A stretch of 32,000 bases of DNA from Desulfobulbus propionicus DSM 2032 (lineage in GTDB: Bacteria > Desulfobacterota > Desulfobulbia > Desulfobulbales > Desulfobulbaceae). How positions within the stretch are numbered: position 1 is the stretch's first letter; the number at the start of each line of letters is the position of its first letter. The translations under genes and the position numbers were made by a program. The notes under the pieces are model-generated. The model was not told where the DNA came from. It did no database searches and worked only from the letters and a program-made list of their open reading frames with translations. Shown here piece by piece: positions 10,154 through 18,474 of this stretch. Location of the stretch: assembly GCF_000186885.1 (NCBI RefSeq), contig NC_014972.1, forward strand, positions 2,850,001 through 2,882,000, read 5' to 3'.

Positions 10154-10434
10154 GCTCTTTCTCACACGAAGCCGGGGAAGCCCCGGCAACCACTCGTCCC
10201 CTCCCGCCCACGGGCGGAGACGGCCACTCCTTGCCGAAGGGCGGATAAGCCAGCGGAAATAATCTTCGTTCCAAGGTTGGTTTTTGTTATAATCATTCTT
10301 ACAGTCACAGCCGGTCCGGGGACACATCGCCGGTTCACGCCGCAACGCCAAACAACAATCATGTGCCTGCGACCAGTTGCGCATGGACAGCGGCAGCGAC
10401 CATTTTCGCATCAATCACTACAAGGAAGTCATCC

Positions 10435-11868
10435 ATGGGGCAGTCCGTTGCTCTGGCATACGAATTTTTTTCCTGGCGCGCGATTCTCGACATCCTGTTG
10501 ATCAGCGCCGGTCTGTTCTTTCTTTATCGCACCCTGCTGCGCCTCGGCACCTGGAAGATCATGGCCGGCATCCTGCTGGCCCTGCTGATCTTCATCCTTG
10601 CCAATGCCCTCAATCTGAAAGGAATCGAGTGGATCTACCAAAACGTCAGCCACGTGGCCGTTCTCGGCTTGATCGTCATTTTTCAGCCGGAATTGCGCAA
10701 GGTTCTTGAAAAAGCGGTTTCCGTGCCGCAACACCGCATCAAAGACCAGGACACCCTGCTCCAGACCCTGATCGCCGAAAGCCTGATCAAGCTGGCGCAG
10801 GAACGATGCGGCGCCATCCTCGTCTTTCCCGGCAAGGAACCGATCACCGACAAGATTTCAGGCGGTTTCCAATTGAATGCCGTGCCCAGCCTGCCGTTGA
10901 TCCTCAGTATCTTCGACCCCAACTCCCCCGGCCACGATGGCGCGGTGATCATCGAGGGCAACAAACTGACCCAGTTTGGCGTGCGGCTGCCGATGTCGCA
11001 GTCGACCCGCCTGTCCGAGGAATACGGTACCCGCCATCATGCGGCCATGGGCCTGGCCGAACAGACCGACGCCCTGGTGCTGGTGGTTTCCGAGGAACGA
11101 GGCCGGGTGTCCATCTTCACCAACGCCGAGATGCGGCCGGTCCGCAATGCCGAGGAAATCACCGCCGCAATCATCAACCATCAGCAGGAGATGGGATTTT
11201 TTCGTCGGGACAGCGCCCCCCGCATTCGCAAGCGCACCCTGCTGCAGGTAGCCGCCAGCCTCATCATCGCCGTGGTGTTCTGGTCAACGCTGATTGTCGC
11301 CCAGCGTGAAGTGGTCGAACGGGTGCTGCCGGTGTCCATCGACTACACTTCGCCGGCCGACGATTTGGTCCTGGTTGGCGAAAAGGCCAACGAAGTCAAG
11401 CTGCATCTCGCCGGCCCCAAAGCCGACATCGACAACCTGGCGATCAACCCGCCCAGCGTTAAGATCGATCTCTCGAAGATGGCCAAGGGCAGCCAGACCA
11501 TCATCATCACCAGCGAAAATCTGCATCTGCCCAAGGGCGTCACCCTGCTTGACTCCTCGCCACAGCAGCTGAAACTGACCCTGGCCACGGTGGTGGAGAA
11601 AAACCTGCCCATCATCCCCCAAATCATCGGCAAGCTCCCGGGCAATCTGAAAATCAAAAAGATCACTGTTTCGCCTGAAACCGTCCTGGTCACCGTGCCA
11701 GTCACCAAAGAGGAGAAGAATCTCGACGAGGTCCTGACCACCCCCATCTATCTCGAATCCATCTCCACCGACAGCAAGCTCTTCTGCAAGGTCATCGCCC
11801 GCCCCTCGATCCAGCCCGTGGCCAAGCGCTGGCCGGACGTCGAAGTGTTCATCGAACTCAAGCAATAA
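10435..11868 (+). CDS. cdaA: Diadenylate cyclase (CdaA/DisA_N domain) fused to C-terminal YbbR-like domains
   Basis: Three N-terminal TM segments; FDPNSPGHDGAVII and GTRHHAAMGLAEQTDA (DGA/RHR-type DAC motifs); additional TM then YbbR-like repeats (VKLHLAGPKADIDNL..., KITVSPETVLVTVP); AAGGAAG RBS before ATG at 10435. Confidence 0.9.
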   Translation: MGQSVALAYEFFSWRAILDILLISAGLFFLYRTLLRLGTWKIMAGILLALLIFILANALNLKGIEWIYQNVSHVAVLGLIVIFQPELRKVLEKAVSVPQHRIKDQDTLLQTLIAESLIKLAQERCGAILVFPGKEPITDKISGGFQLNAVPSLPLILSIFDPNSPGHDGAVIIEGNKLTQFGVRLPMSQSTRLSEEYGTRHHAAMGLAEQTDALVLVVSEERGRVSIFTNAEMRPVRNAEEITAAIINHQQEMGFFRRDSAPRIRKRTLLQVAASLIIAVVFWSTLIVAQREVVERVLPVSIDYTSPADDLVLVGEKANEVKLHLAGPKADIDNLAINPPSVKIDLSKMAKGSQTIIITSENLHLPKGVTLLDSSPQQLKLTLATVVEKNLPIIPQIIGKLPGNLKIKKITVSPETVLVTVPVTKEEKNLDEVLTTPIYLESISTDSKLFCKVIARPSIQPVAKRWPDVEVFIELKQ

Positions 11869-11878
11869 CCCCATCCCA

Positions 11879-11909
11879 CCGGGCAATGGCACCGGGTGCC
11901 ATTGCCCGG
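11879..11909. terminator. Perfect inverted repeat immediately downstream of cdaA; possible terminator or mRNA 3'-end stabiliser
   Basis: CCGGGCAATGGCACC-G-GGTGCCATTGCCCGG, 15-bp arms, 10 bp after the stop codon; no downstream T-tract. Confidence 0.5.
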
Positions 11910-12144
11910 CCCCTCACCTCTCTCCGCGTTTTCGCGCCACTCGGCGCATCGATTCCAATTTTGTACAACATTGAATAAAACAATGATCTTTTTGTGACAA
12001 AATTTTCATTTTTGCCGATAAAACTCGCCTGCATTTTATATAACTATATAATAATAATTAATAAAATTATAAATTTAAAAAGTGGCATTAAAATTGATAA
12101 GAACAAGACAAACACATCCATCGTCCCCGGACAGTGCTGGAGAA

Positions 12145-12221
12145 TCCGTTCTTTTCCGTCGCCGGAACGGAAAGGCTCCGGCTGAATCCAATGGGATGGT
12201 GGCCAGTCTTGTTCCATCATC
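12145..12221 (+). promoter_or_regulatory. Structured 5' leader of the porin gene with mutually exclusive stems
   Basis: TCCGTTC(12145-12151)/GAACGGA(12165-12171) competes with TTTCCGT(12153-12159)/ACGGAAA(12167-12173); third stem GATGGTGG(12195-12202)/CCATCATC(12214-12221) just upstream of the RBS. Confidence 0.35.
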
Positions 12222-12239
12222 GCAAAAAAGGAGAGAAAC

Positions 12240-12977
12240 ATGAAACGACTGTTATCCATCGCCGCCGTGGCCGCTCTGGGCACGGCGGCCGCCGCGCCAT
12301 CCCCCGCCAGCGCCGCCACGGCCACTGCCGCTCTCGATGTCAACAGCGCCTATGTGTGGCGTGGCCTGACCTTCAATGACGGGTTTGTCCTCCAGCCGAG
12401 CATGGATGTCTCGGCCAACGGCTTTGCCTTCAATGTCTGGGGCAACCTCGACCTCGACGACTATAACGACACTCTCGACGACGGCGAATTTTCCGAGGTT
12501 GACCTGACCGCCTCCTATGCGTTCAAGCTCGGGGCCGTCGACGTCAGCCTCGGGGTGATTGAATATCTCTTTCCCAATGGCGCCGAAAGCACGAGTGAAA
12601 TCTTTGCCGGCCTGGGCTATGACCTGGGCCATGGCTTTGCCCTGTCAACGAAAGTGTACTATGACTTTGACCAGGTCGACGATTTCTACCTCACCGCGGG
12701 ATTGGGATACAGCTACAGCATCAACGACAAGACCACCGTGGGACTCAGCGGCCTGATCAGCTATGCCGGCGAGGACTTCACCGAATTCTATGCCGGAGGT
12801 ACGGACAGCGGATTTTTCAACTATCTGCTCACCGCTTCGGTCAAGTACATGGTTACCGATGCCTTTGGCCTAGGGGCCAGCATCAACTACACCGACTCCA
12901 TGGACGATGACGCCCTGCCCGACGAAACGGTCGATACCACGGTGTTTGGCGGTGTCAGCCTGACCTACACGTTCTGA
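12240..12977 (+). CDS. Outer-membrane beta-barrel protein (TorF-family-like putative porin)
   Basis: Signal peptide MKRLLSIAAVAALGTAAAAPSPASA; LDVNSAYVWRGLTFNDGFVLQPSMDVSANGFAFNVWGNLD; alternating strands, terminal aromatic SLTYTF; AGGAG RBS. Confidence 0.82.
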   Translation: MKRLLSIAAVAALGTAAAAPSPASAATATAALDVNSAYVWRGLTFNDGFVLQPSMDVSANGFAFNVWGNLDLDDYNDTLDDGEFSEVDLTASYAFKLGAVDVSLGVIEYLFPNGAESTSEIFAGLGYDLGHGFALSTKVYYDFDQVDDFYLTAGLGYSYSINDKTTVGLSGLISYAGEDFTEFYAGGTDSGFFNYLLTASVKYMVTDAFGLGASINYTDSMDDDALPDETVDTTVFGGVSLTYTF

Positions 12978-12997
12978 TCCCTCTCCCGATCCTCTCC

Positions 12998-13038
12998 CCT
13001 CGCTTCCGGGGCGGCGCCATGCCGCACCGGGGGCGAGG
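12998..13038. terminator. Probable transcription terminator hairpin after the porin gene
   Basis: CCTCGC-TTCCGG-G-GCGGC-GCCAT-GCCGC-A-CCGGGG-GCGAGG nearly continuous 17-bp stem followed by TTTCCCGTTTC. Confidence 0.55.
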
Positions 13039-13134
13039 TTTCCCGTTTCAGGGCCGGGCGCGCATCGTTCGGGCAATGTCCCCGGTTCGTTGCCGTAGGC
13101 CAAACGGACTCGTCTCCGCCGCCGGGTTCACCGC

Positions 13135-14034
13135 TCACAACAGCCGATACAGCAGGGGCAGAGTCGCAAAACTGAGCACCACGCCCACCCCGACCAGGGC
13201 AGCGGCCAGTCGCGGCGCCAGGTTGGCCAGCATGGCCATGGCTCCGGCCGCCACCATGGGCGGCATGCCGGCTTCCACAATCGCCACCCGCACCACCTCG
13301 CCATCAAGCCCGAGCAGACGGCAGGCCATCAAGCCTGCCAGGGGCGCGGCCACCAATTTGATCAGCAAGCCGGTGGACAACTGGCCGAGCATGGCGCGAT
13401 TCAACCGTAGGGTCAGTTGAAAACCCACCGCCACCATCACCACCGGCACCAGGGTCTCGGCCAGACTGTGCAGAATGAATCCCGCCAGAGGCGGGTAGGG
13501 GATGCCGCGAAGCAGCAGGGCACAGACCAGGGCGACAAAAGGCGGAAACAGCACGATCTTGCACAGCATGGTTTTGATGGTCGGCCGGCTGCCGTCCGCA
13601 CCGTACATGGCCAGAATCAAGAACCCGTAGGTCGACAGGGCGATGAACGAGCCGAATTGATCGTAAATCACGGCATAGGGAATAGCCTGTTCGCCAAAAA
13701 AGGCCCGGACCATGGGAATGCCGAGGAAGGAGGCATTGGGCAGGGGAGCGAGCAACAGCAGGCAGCCGGTGGTCGCCCGGTCCCAGGCACACAGCCGCGA
13801 GGCGGCCAGCACCAGCAGCGCAGCGAGGGCCAGGGTGCCCCAGGGCATCAGGGTCAGGATCAGCAAATCGGCGGAGAAGGTCAACTGCGGCACCTTGAGC
13901 ATCACCATGGCCGGCATGGAGATGAAGATGACAAAGGCATTGAGGACCATGCCCGTGTCCCGATGGAATCCGGGAATGCGGCGCAGCCCCATGCCGATGA
14001 GCAGATACACCAGTGTGGCGATGAAATTATCCAT
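13135..14034 (-). CDS. AEC (auxin efflux carrier) family transporter
   Basis: 299 aa, about 10 TM segments; PNASFLGIPMVRAFFG motif, FQLTLRLNRAM, internal repeat; AGAAGGAAACC upstream of ATG. Confidence 0.85.
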   Translation of the reverse strand: MDNFIATLVYLLIGMGLRRIPGFHRDTGMVLNAFVIFISMPAMVMLKVPQLTFSADLLILTLMPWGTLALAALLVLAASRLCAWDRATTGCLLLLAPLPNASFLGIPMVRAFFGEQAIPYAVIYDQFGSFIALSTYGFLILAMYGADGSRPTIKTMLCKIVLFPPFVALVCALLLRGIPYPPLAGFILHSLAETLVPVVMVAVGFQLTLRLNRAMLGQLSTGLLIKLVAAPLAGLMACRLLGLDGEVVRVAIVEAGMPPMVAAGAMAMLANLAPRLAAALVGVGVVLSFATLPLLYRLL

Positions 14035-14263
14035 GGTTTCCTTCTCGCTCCCCGGTTTTGCACCGAATGCTTGGCGCGCCCTTTTCCCTTGGCAAAAAAA
14101 CCCATTGACCGCTCAGCCGCTGGCCGGTTGCCCCTGGCCGCAAAAGACGACTTATCCCCTTGCCAGATTTCACTTTTTCTCCTAGGATTTGTTCAGAGTC
14201 GTCACCCGAGGCGCGTGACCTTGGCGGCCAATGCACCCCACTTACCATGACGGAGGAACACCG

Positions 14264-14635
14264 ATGGAGCACAGGGAGAACTCCCCATTGCCGCCCCTGC
14301 CCCCCGAGCCCAAGCTGGAGGCGATGCGGCAGTATCTGCACGCCGCGACCCTGCTGCATCCCGAACAGATCGAAAAAATCCTCACGGCCTCGATCCGAAG
14401 CATCGCCGTCAACCTGGCCCAGGCCGACGAAGCCCTGCACCAGGCGGATTACCCCGCCCTTGGCCGAGTGGTTCACACCCTCAAGGGCACGTTCCTCCAG
14501 TGCGGTCTCACCGATTGGGCGGAAAAAGCCCAGGAAATCCACAGCGGCGTCAGGGCGGGCCAGGAGCTGCCGTTCGCCGAAATGGTGGCCGGACTGAAGC
14601 GGGGAATGGCTCCCCTGCTGGCCAGGAGCGAATAG
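14264..14635 (+). CDS. Stand-alone histidine phosphotransfer (Hpt) protein
   Basis: 123 aa; VVHTLKGTFLQCGLTDWAEKAQEI Hpt phosphorylation-site context; GGAGG RBS. Confidence 0.82.
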   Translation: MEHRENSPLPPLPPEPKLEAMRQYLHAATLLHPEQIEKILTASIRSIAVNLAQADEALHQADYPALGRVVHTLKGTFLQCGLTDWAEKAQEIHSGVRAGQELPFAEMVAGLKRGMAPLLARSE

Positions 14636-14735
14636 CCGTGCGGCCGCACTCAGCGCACAACGCCATGGCAACGGGCGGACCGGCGGCGGAACGGACGCGC
14701 CAACACCGGCAACGTGGGCAACGGATCCAACCATC

Positions 14736-16184
14736 ATGGGAAAAATAGCCATCATCGATGACGACGCGGTGTTCCGCGTTCTTCTCGCCGAACACTGCAA
14801 GCAGCTGGGCCATGAGGCCGAACTCGCCGGCACCATCGAGGAAGGCCGATCCGTGCTCGCCGAACGACCGTTTGACCTGGTGTTTCTCGATGTCAGTCTG
14901 CCCGACGGCAATGGCCTCGATTCCCTGCCCTTCATCCAGGGGCTGCCTTCCTCGCCGGAGGTGATCATCATCACCGGCATGGGCGACGCCAACGGCGCCG
15001 AACTGGCGATCAAAAACGGCGCCTGGGATTACCTGCAAAAACCGCTCGCCCGTCAGGAGATTGTCCTTCATATCCGGCGGGCCTTGGAATATCACGAAAA
15101 AAAAATCCAGCGAACCGCCCAGATCAGCCTCAAGCGCGACGAAATCGTCGGCAAGAGCAAGGCCATCTCCGCCTGCCTCGACCAGGTGGCCCATTGCGCC
15201 GCCACCGAATCCGGGGTGCTGATCACCGGCGAAACCGGCACCGGCAAGGAACTGTTCGCCCGGGCCATCCATGCCAACAGCCAACGGGCAGCCGGGCCCT
15301 TTGTCGTGGTCGATTGCGCCAGCCTGCCGGAAACCCTGGTGGAAAGCATCCTCTTCGGCCACGTCAAGGGGGCCTTCACCGGCGCCAATAGCGACAGCAA
15401 GGGCCTGATCGAACAGGCGGATGGCGGCACCCTGTTTCTCGATGAGGCCGGCGAACTGCCGCTGGAAACCCAGAAAAATTTTCTCCGCGTGCTCCAGGAA
15501 CGGGTGTTCCGCCCGGTGGGCAAGGACCGGGAACAGAAAAGCAATTTCCGCCTGATTGCCGCCACCAACCGCGATCTGCCGGCCATGGTCCGCCAGGGAC
15601 AATTCCGCAGCGATCTTTTTTTCCGTCTCAACACCTTCACCATCCACCTGCCGCCCCTGCGGGAACGCGAGGGGGATATCGAGAAACTGGTGATGAGTTT
15701 CGTGTTCACCATCTGCCGCCGCAACCGGCTGCCGATCAAGGGCGTGGTTCCCGAAACCCTGGCCACCCTGGCCGCTTACCCTTGGCCGGGCAATGTCCGC
15801 GAGCTGGAAAACATTCTCGAACGGGCGATCATCGCCGATCCCACCGATCCGGTTCTCTACCCCATCCATCTGCCGCCGGAGATCCGGCTGTGCCGCATCC
15901 GCACGATGGTTTCGCGCAAAAGCGACCCCTCCGCCGCCGAGGTTTCCACCGCCGACCACGGCCAGCCCCCCTCGTTCCCCGCGCCGGAACCGCTGCCCCC
16001 CTTCAAAGAGTATCGGCGGCAGGTCACCGCTGACCTCGAAGTTCAATACCTGCGGCGGCTGCTCCGCGAGGCCGCCGGCGACATCGCCCGGGCCTGCGCC
16101 GTTTCCGGCCTGAGCCGCTCCCGCCTCTACGATTTGCTCAAAGCCCACGGTCTGGGCTGCGCTGCCGAATCCCGTCCGGAATAA
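14736..16184 (+). CDS. Sigma-54-dependent NtrC-family response regulator (REC-AAA+-Fis HTH)
   Basis: REC DLVFLDVSLPDG; Walker A GETGTGKE; GAFTGA intact; GGTLFLDEAGELP Walker B; C-terminal DIARACAVSGLSRSRLYDLLKAHGL Fis HTH. Confidence 0.95.
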   Translation: MGKIAIIDDDAVFRVLLAEHCKQLGHEAELAGTIEEGRSVLAERPFDLVFLDVSLPDGNGLDSLPFIQGLPSSPEVIIITGMGDANGAELAIKNGAWDYLQKPLARQEIVLHIRRALEYHEKKIQRTAQISLKRDEIVGKSKAISACLDQVAHCAATESGVLITGETGTGKELFARAIHANSQRAAGPFVVVDCASLPETLVESILFGHVKGAFTGANSDSKGLIEQADGGTLFLDEAGELPLETQKNFLRVLQERVFRPVGKDREQKSNFRLIAATNRDLPAMVRQGQFRSDLFFRLNTFTIHLPPLREREGDIEKLVMSFVFTICRRNRLPIKGVVPETLATLAAYPWPGNVRELENILERAIIADPTDPVLYPIHLPPEIRLCRIRTMVSRKSDPSAAEVSTADHGQPPSFPAPEPLPPFKEYRRQVTADLEVQYLRRLLREAAGDIARACAVSGLSRSRLYDLLKAHGLGCAAESRPE

Positions 16185-16204
16185 TCGGACCGCCCACCCA
16201 TTGC

Positions 16205-16225
16205 TTGTCCGAAAATCCCGGACAA
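16205..16225. promoter_or_regulatory. Candidate enhancer/upstream activator palindrome
   Basis: TTGTCCG-aaaatcc-CGGACAA perfect 7-bp arms, centre about 90 bp upstream of the -24 element of the candidate sigma-54 promoter. Confidence 0.45.
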
Positions 16226-16305
16226 CAGGATCACCTCCGCACCCCCACCTCTCGACCCATCGAAGCAACCATTCGATTTTAACCAACAAAACAAACCAGC
16301 CATTC

Positions 16306-16320
16306 TGGCACGTTTCTCGC
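16306..16320 (+). promoter_or_regulatory. Candidate sigma-54 (-24/-12) promoter upstream of the chemoreceptor gene
   Basis: TGGCAC-GTTTC-TCGC; GG (16307-16308) and GC (16319-16320) separated by exactly 10 nt. Confidence 0.6.
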
Positions 16321-16391
16321 TTTTCCTGGGCAACCGTATTCCGCTGGCCCCTGCCGCCAGCTCTCTCCCATACACGCCAGGAGGTTTGTCG

Positions 16392-18404
16392 ATGAAAATC
16401 AATGTACATTCCATTCAGTTCAAACTGCTGACCACCGGCTTGCTGTCGGTGCTCGTGCCCCTGCTGATCGTCGGGTACTTCTCGGTGACCAAGTCGTCCA
16501 ACGCCCTGATGGAGCTATCCAAGGAAAAGGCCCAGACCATGGCCGGCGACATGGCCCTGCTGGTCGGCAATCTGATGCACGCCGAAAAGGAGACGGTCGC
16601 GGCCCTGGGCGACGCGCAGATGCTGCGCACCAGCCTGGAAAAACTGGCGGGTGCGAGCGGCGAGGAGGCCAAGGAAATCCAGAAAGCCATGTTCACCTAC
16701 ATGCAGGGGCGCTTCAAGATACTCAATGAAAGCGGCCAGTATCAGGGCATCTACATCACCGACGCCAGCGGTCAGATCCTCACCGGCGTGCTCGACAGCG
16801 GCGAGGAGTACGGCAGGGTATCGGTGGCGGAGAACATGGACTTCAGGCAGGCCAAACAGAAGGGCGAAGCCGCCATCGGCGACATGCTCCGCTCCCAAGC
16901 CACTTCCCAGCCGGTGGTGCCCCTCGCCGCGCCGGTCCGTTCCGCCAGCACCCCGTTCCTCGGCGCGGTCGGCCTGGTGCTCAAGGCCGACTACTTCACC
17001 CGCCTGGTGGCCGAACGCAAGGTCGGCACCACCGGTTATGCCTACATGACCAACAAGGAGGGCATCATCCTGGCCCATCCCAAGGCCGAGCATGTCCTCA
17101 AGCTCGATGTCACCACCATCAAGGAAATGGCCGGCATCAACGAGCTCATGCTCTCCGGCAAGAGCGGCGTGGCCGAGTACGTGTTCACCGGCCTTGACAA
17201 GATCGCCGGCTGCGCCCCGGTGGGAGTGAACGGCTGGTCGGTGGCCGTCACCCAGAACGCGGAGGAATTCCTGCTCGCCTCGACCCGCATCCGTGACGTC
17301 ACCCTGACCGTGATCGGCGTGGCCCTGGTGCTCGTGACCCTGATCCTGATCGTGTCCATCCGCCGGATCGTGCGGCCGATCAATGCCGCCGTGGCCGGGC
17401 TCAAGGACATTGCCCAGGGCGAAGGCGATTTGACCATGCGCCTGGCGGTCGTCTCCAAGGACGAGGTCGGCGAACTGGCCACCTGGTTCAACGTCTTCAT
17501 CGACAAATTGCAGCATATCATCCGCGACGTGGCCGCCGGGGTGCACACCCTGTCCTCGTCCTCGACCGAGCTGTCCCAAATCTCCGAACAGATGAACCAG
17601 GGCTCGCAGCAGGCCTCGAACAAAGCCAACACCGTGGCCACCGCCGCCGAGGAAATGAGCGCCAACATGAACAACGTGGCCGCGGCCATGGAACAGTCGA
17701 CCACCAACACCAACATCGTGGCCACCGCCTCGGAGGAGATGTCCTCGACCATCGGCGAGATTGCCCAGCACGCGGAAAAGGCGCGGGTCATTTCCGACAA
17801 CGCCGCCAAGAAGGCCCATGACGCCACCAACAACATCAACGAACTGGGCGAATCGGCCAAGTCGATCGGCAAGGTGATCGAGACCATCACCGAAATCTCC
17901 GAGCAGGTCAACCTGCTGGCGCTCAACGCCACCATCGAGGCGGCGCGGGCCGGAGAAGCGGGCCGGGGCTTCGCGGTCGTGGCCAACGAGATCAAGGAAC
18001 TGGCCAAGCAGACCGCGGCCGCGACCTACGACATCAAGGACAAGGTCGGCTCCATCCAGGGGACCACCGCCAGGACCGTGCAGCAGATTTCCGAGATCAA
18101 CGAGGTCATCACCGATGTCAACGAGGTGGTGGGCAGCATCGCCACCGCGGTGGAGGAGCAGACCGCGGCCACGGCGGAGATCGCCAGCAACGTCAATCAG
18201 ATGGCCCAGGGGATCAACGAGGTCAACGAGAACGTCAACCAGAGCTCGGTGGTGGCCACCGAGATCGCCCGTGAAATCAGCGATGTCAGCACCATTGCCG
18301 GGGAGATGTTCACCAGCAGCTCCCAGGTGAGCACCAGCGCCCATGATCTCTCGGCCCTGGCCGAACAGCTCAACCAGATGGTCGGCCAATTCAAGACCGA
18401 GTAG
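16392..18404 (+). CDS. Methyl-accepting chemotaxis protein with dCache-type periplasmic sensor
   Basis: Two TM segments flanking sensor, [45 protein letters not shown] signalling tip; AGGAGG RBS. Confidence 0.95.
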   Translation: MKINVHSIQFKLLTTGLLSVLVPLLIVGYFSVTKSSNALMELSKEKAQTMAGDMALLVGNLMHAEKETVAALGDAQMLRTSLEKLAGASGEEAKEIQKAMFTYMQGRFKILNESGQYQGIYITDASGQILTGVLDSGEEYGRVSVAENMDFRQAKQKGEAAIGDMLRSQATSQPVVPLAAPVRSASTPFLGAVGLVLKADYFTRLVAERKVGTTGYAYMTNKEGIILAHPKAEHVLKLDVTTIKEMAGINELMLSGKSGVAEYVFTGLDKIAGCAPVGVNGWSVAVTQNAEEFLLASTRIRDVTLTVIGVALVLVTLILIVSIRRIVRPINAAVAGLKDIAQGEGDLTMRLAVVSKDEVGELATWFNVFIDKLQHIIRDVAAGVHTLSSSSTELSQISEQMNQGSQQASNKANTVATAAEEMSANMNNVAAAMEQSTTNTNIVATASEEMSSTIGEIAQHAEKARVISDNAAKKAHDATNNINELGESAKSIGKVIETITEISEQVNLLALNATIEAARAGEAGRGFAVVANEIKELAKQTAAATYDIKDKVGSIQGTTARTVQQISEINEVITDVNEVVGSIATAVEEQTAATAEIASNVNQMAQGINEVNENVNQSSVVATEIAREISDVSTIAGEMFTSSSQVSTSAHDLSALAEQLNQMVGQFKTE

Positions 18405-18474
18405 GACGGCAAGCGATGAACCAGCAACCACGGCGGTTTTGCACGCACTTGCAGCCAAACGACCGGACACGGCC

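Noticed and set aside
10180-10200. GAAGCCCCGGCAACC as part of a SAM-I riboswitch
   Set aside because: Only a short fragment resembles the core; kink-turn and other conserved segments were not found and no methionine/SAM gene is downstream.
9818-10501. Plus-strand ORF of 227 aa spanning rpmB and the intergenic region
   Set aside because: Antisense to bL28 and compositionally implausible; overlaps the cdaA start.
10377-10709. Plus-strand ORF overlapping the cdaA start, beginning LRMDSGSDHFRINHYKEVIHG
   Set aside because: The first residues look somewhat protein-like, but the frame soon becomes a shadow of cdaA with no motif, and the TTG start lacks a convincing RBS.
12083-12097. TGGCATTAAAATTGA as a firm sigma-54 promoter of the porin gene
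   Set aside because: The -12 element reads GA rather than the nearly invariant GC; kept only as a weak mention within the AT-island finding.
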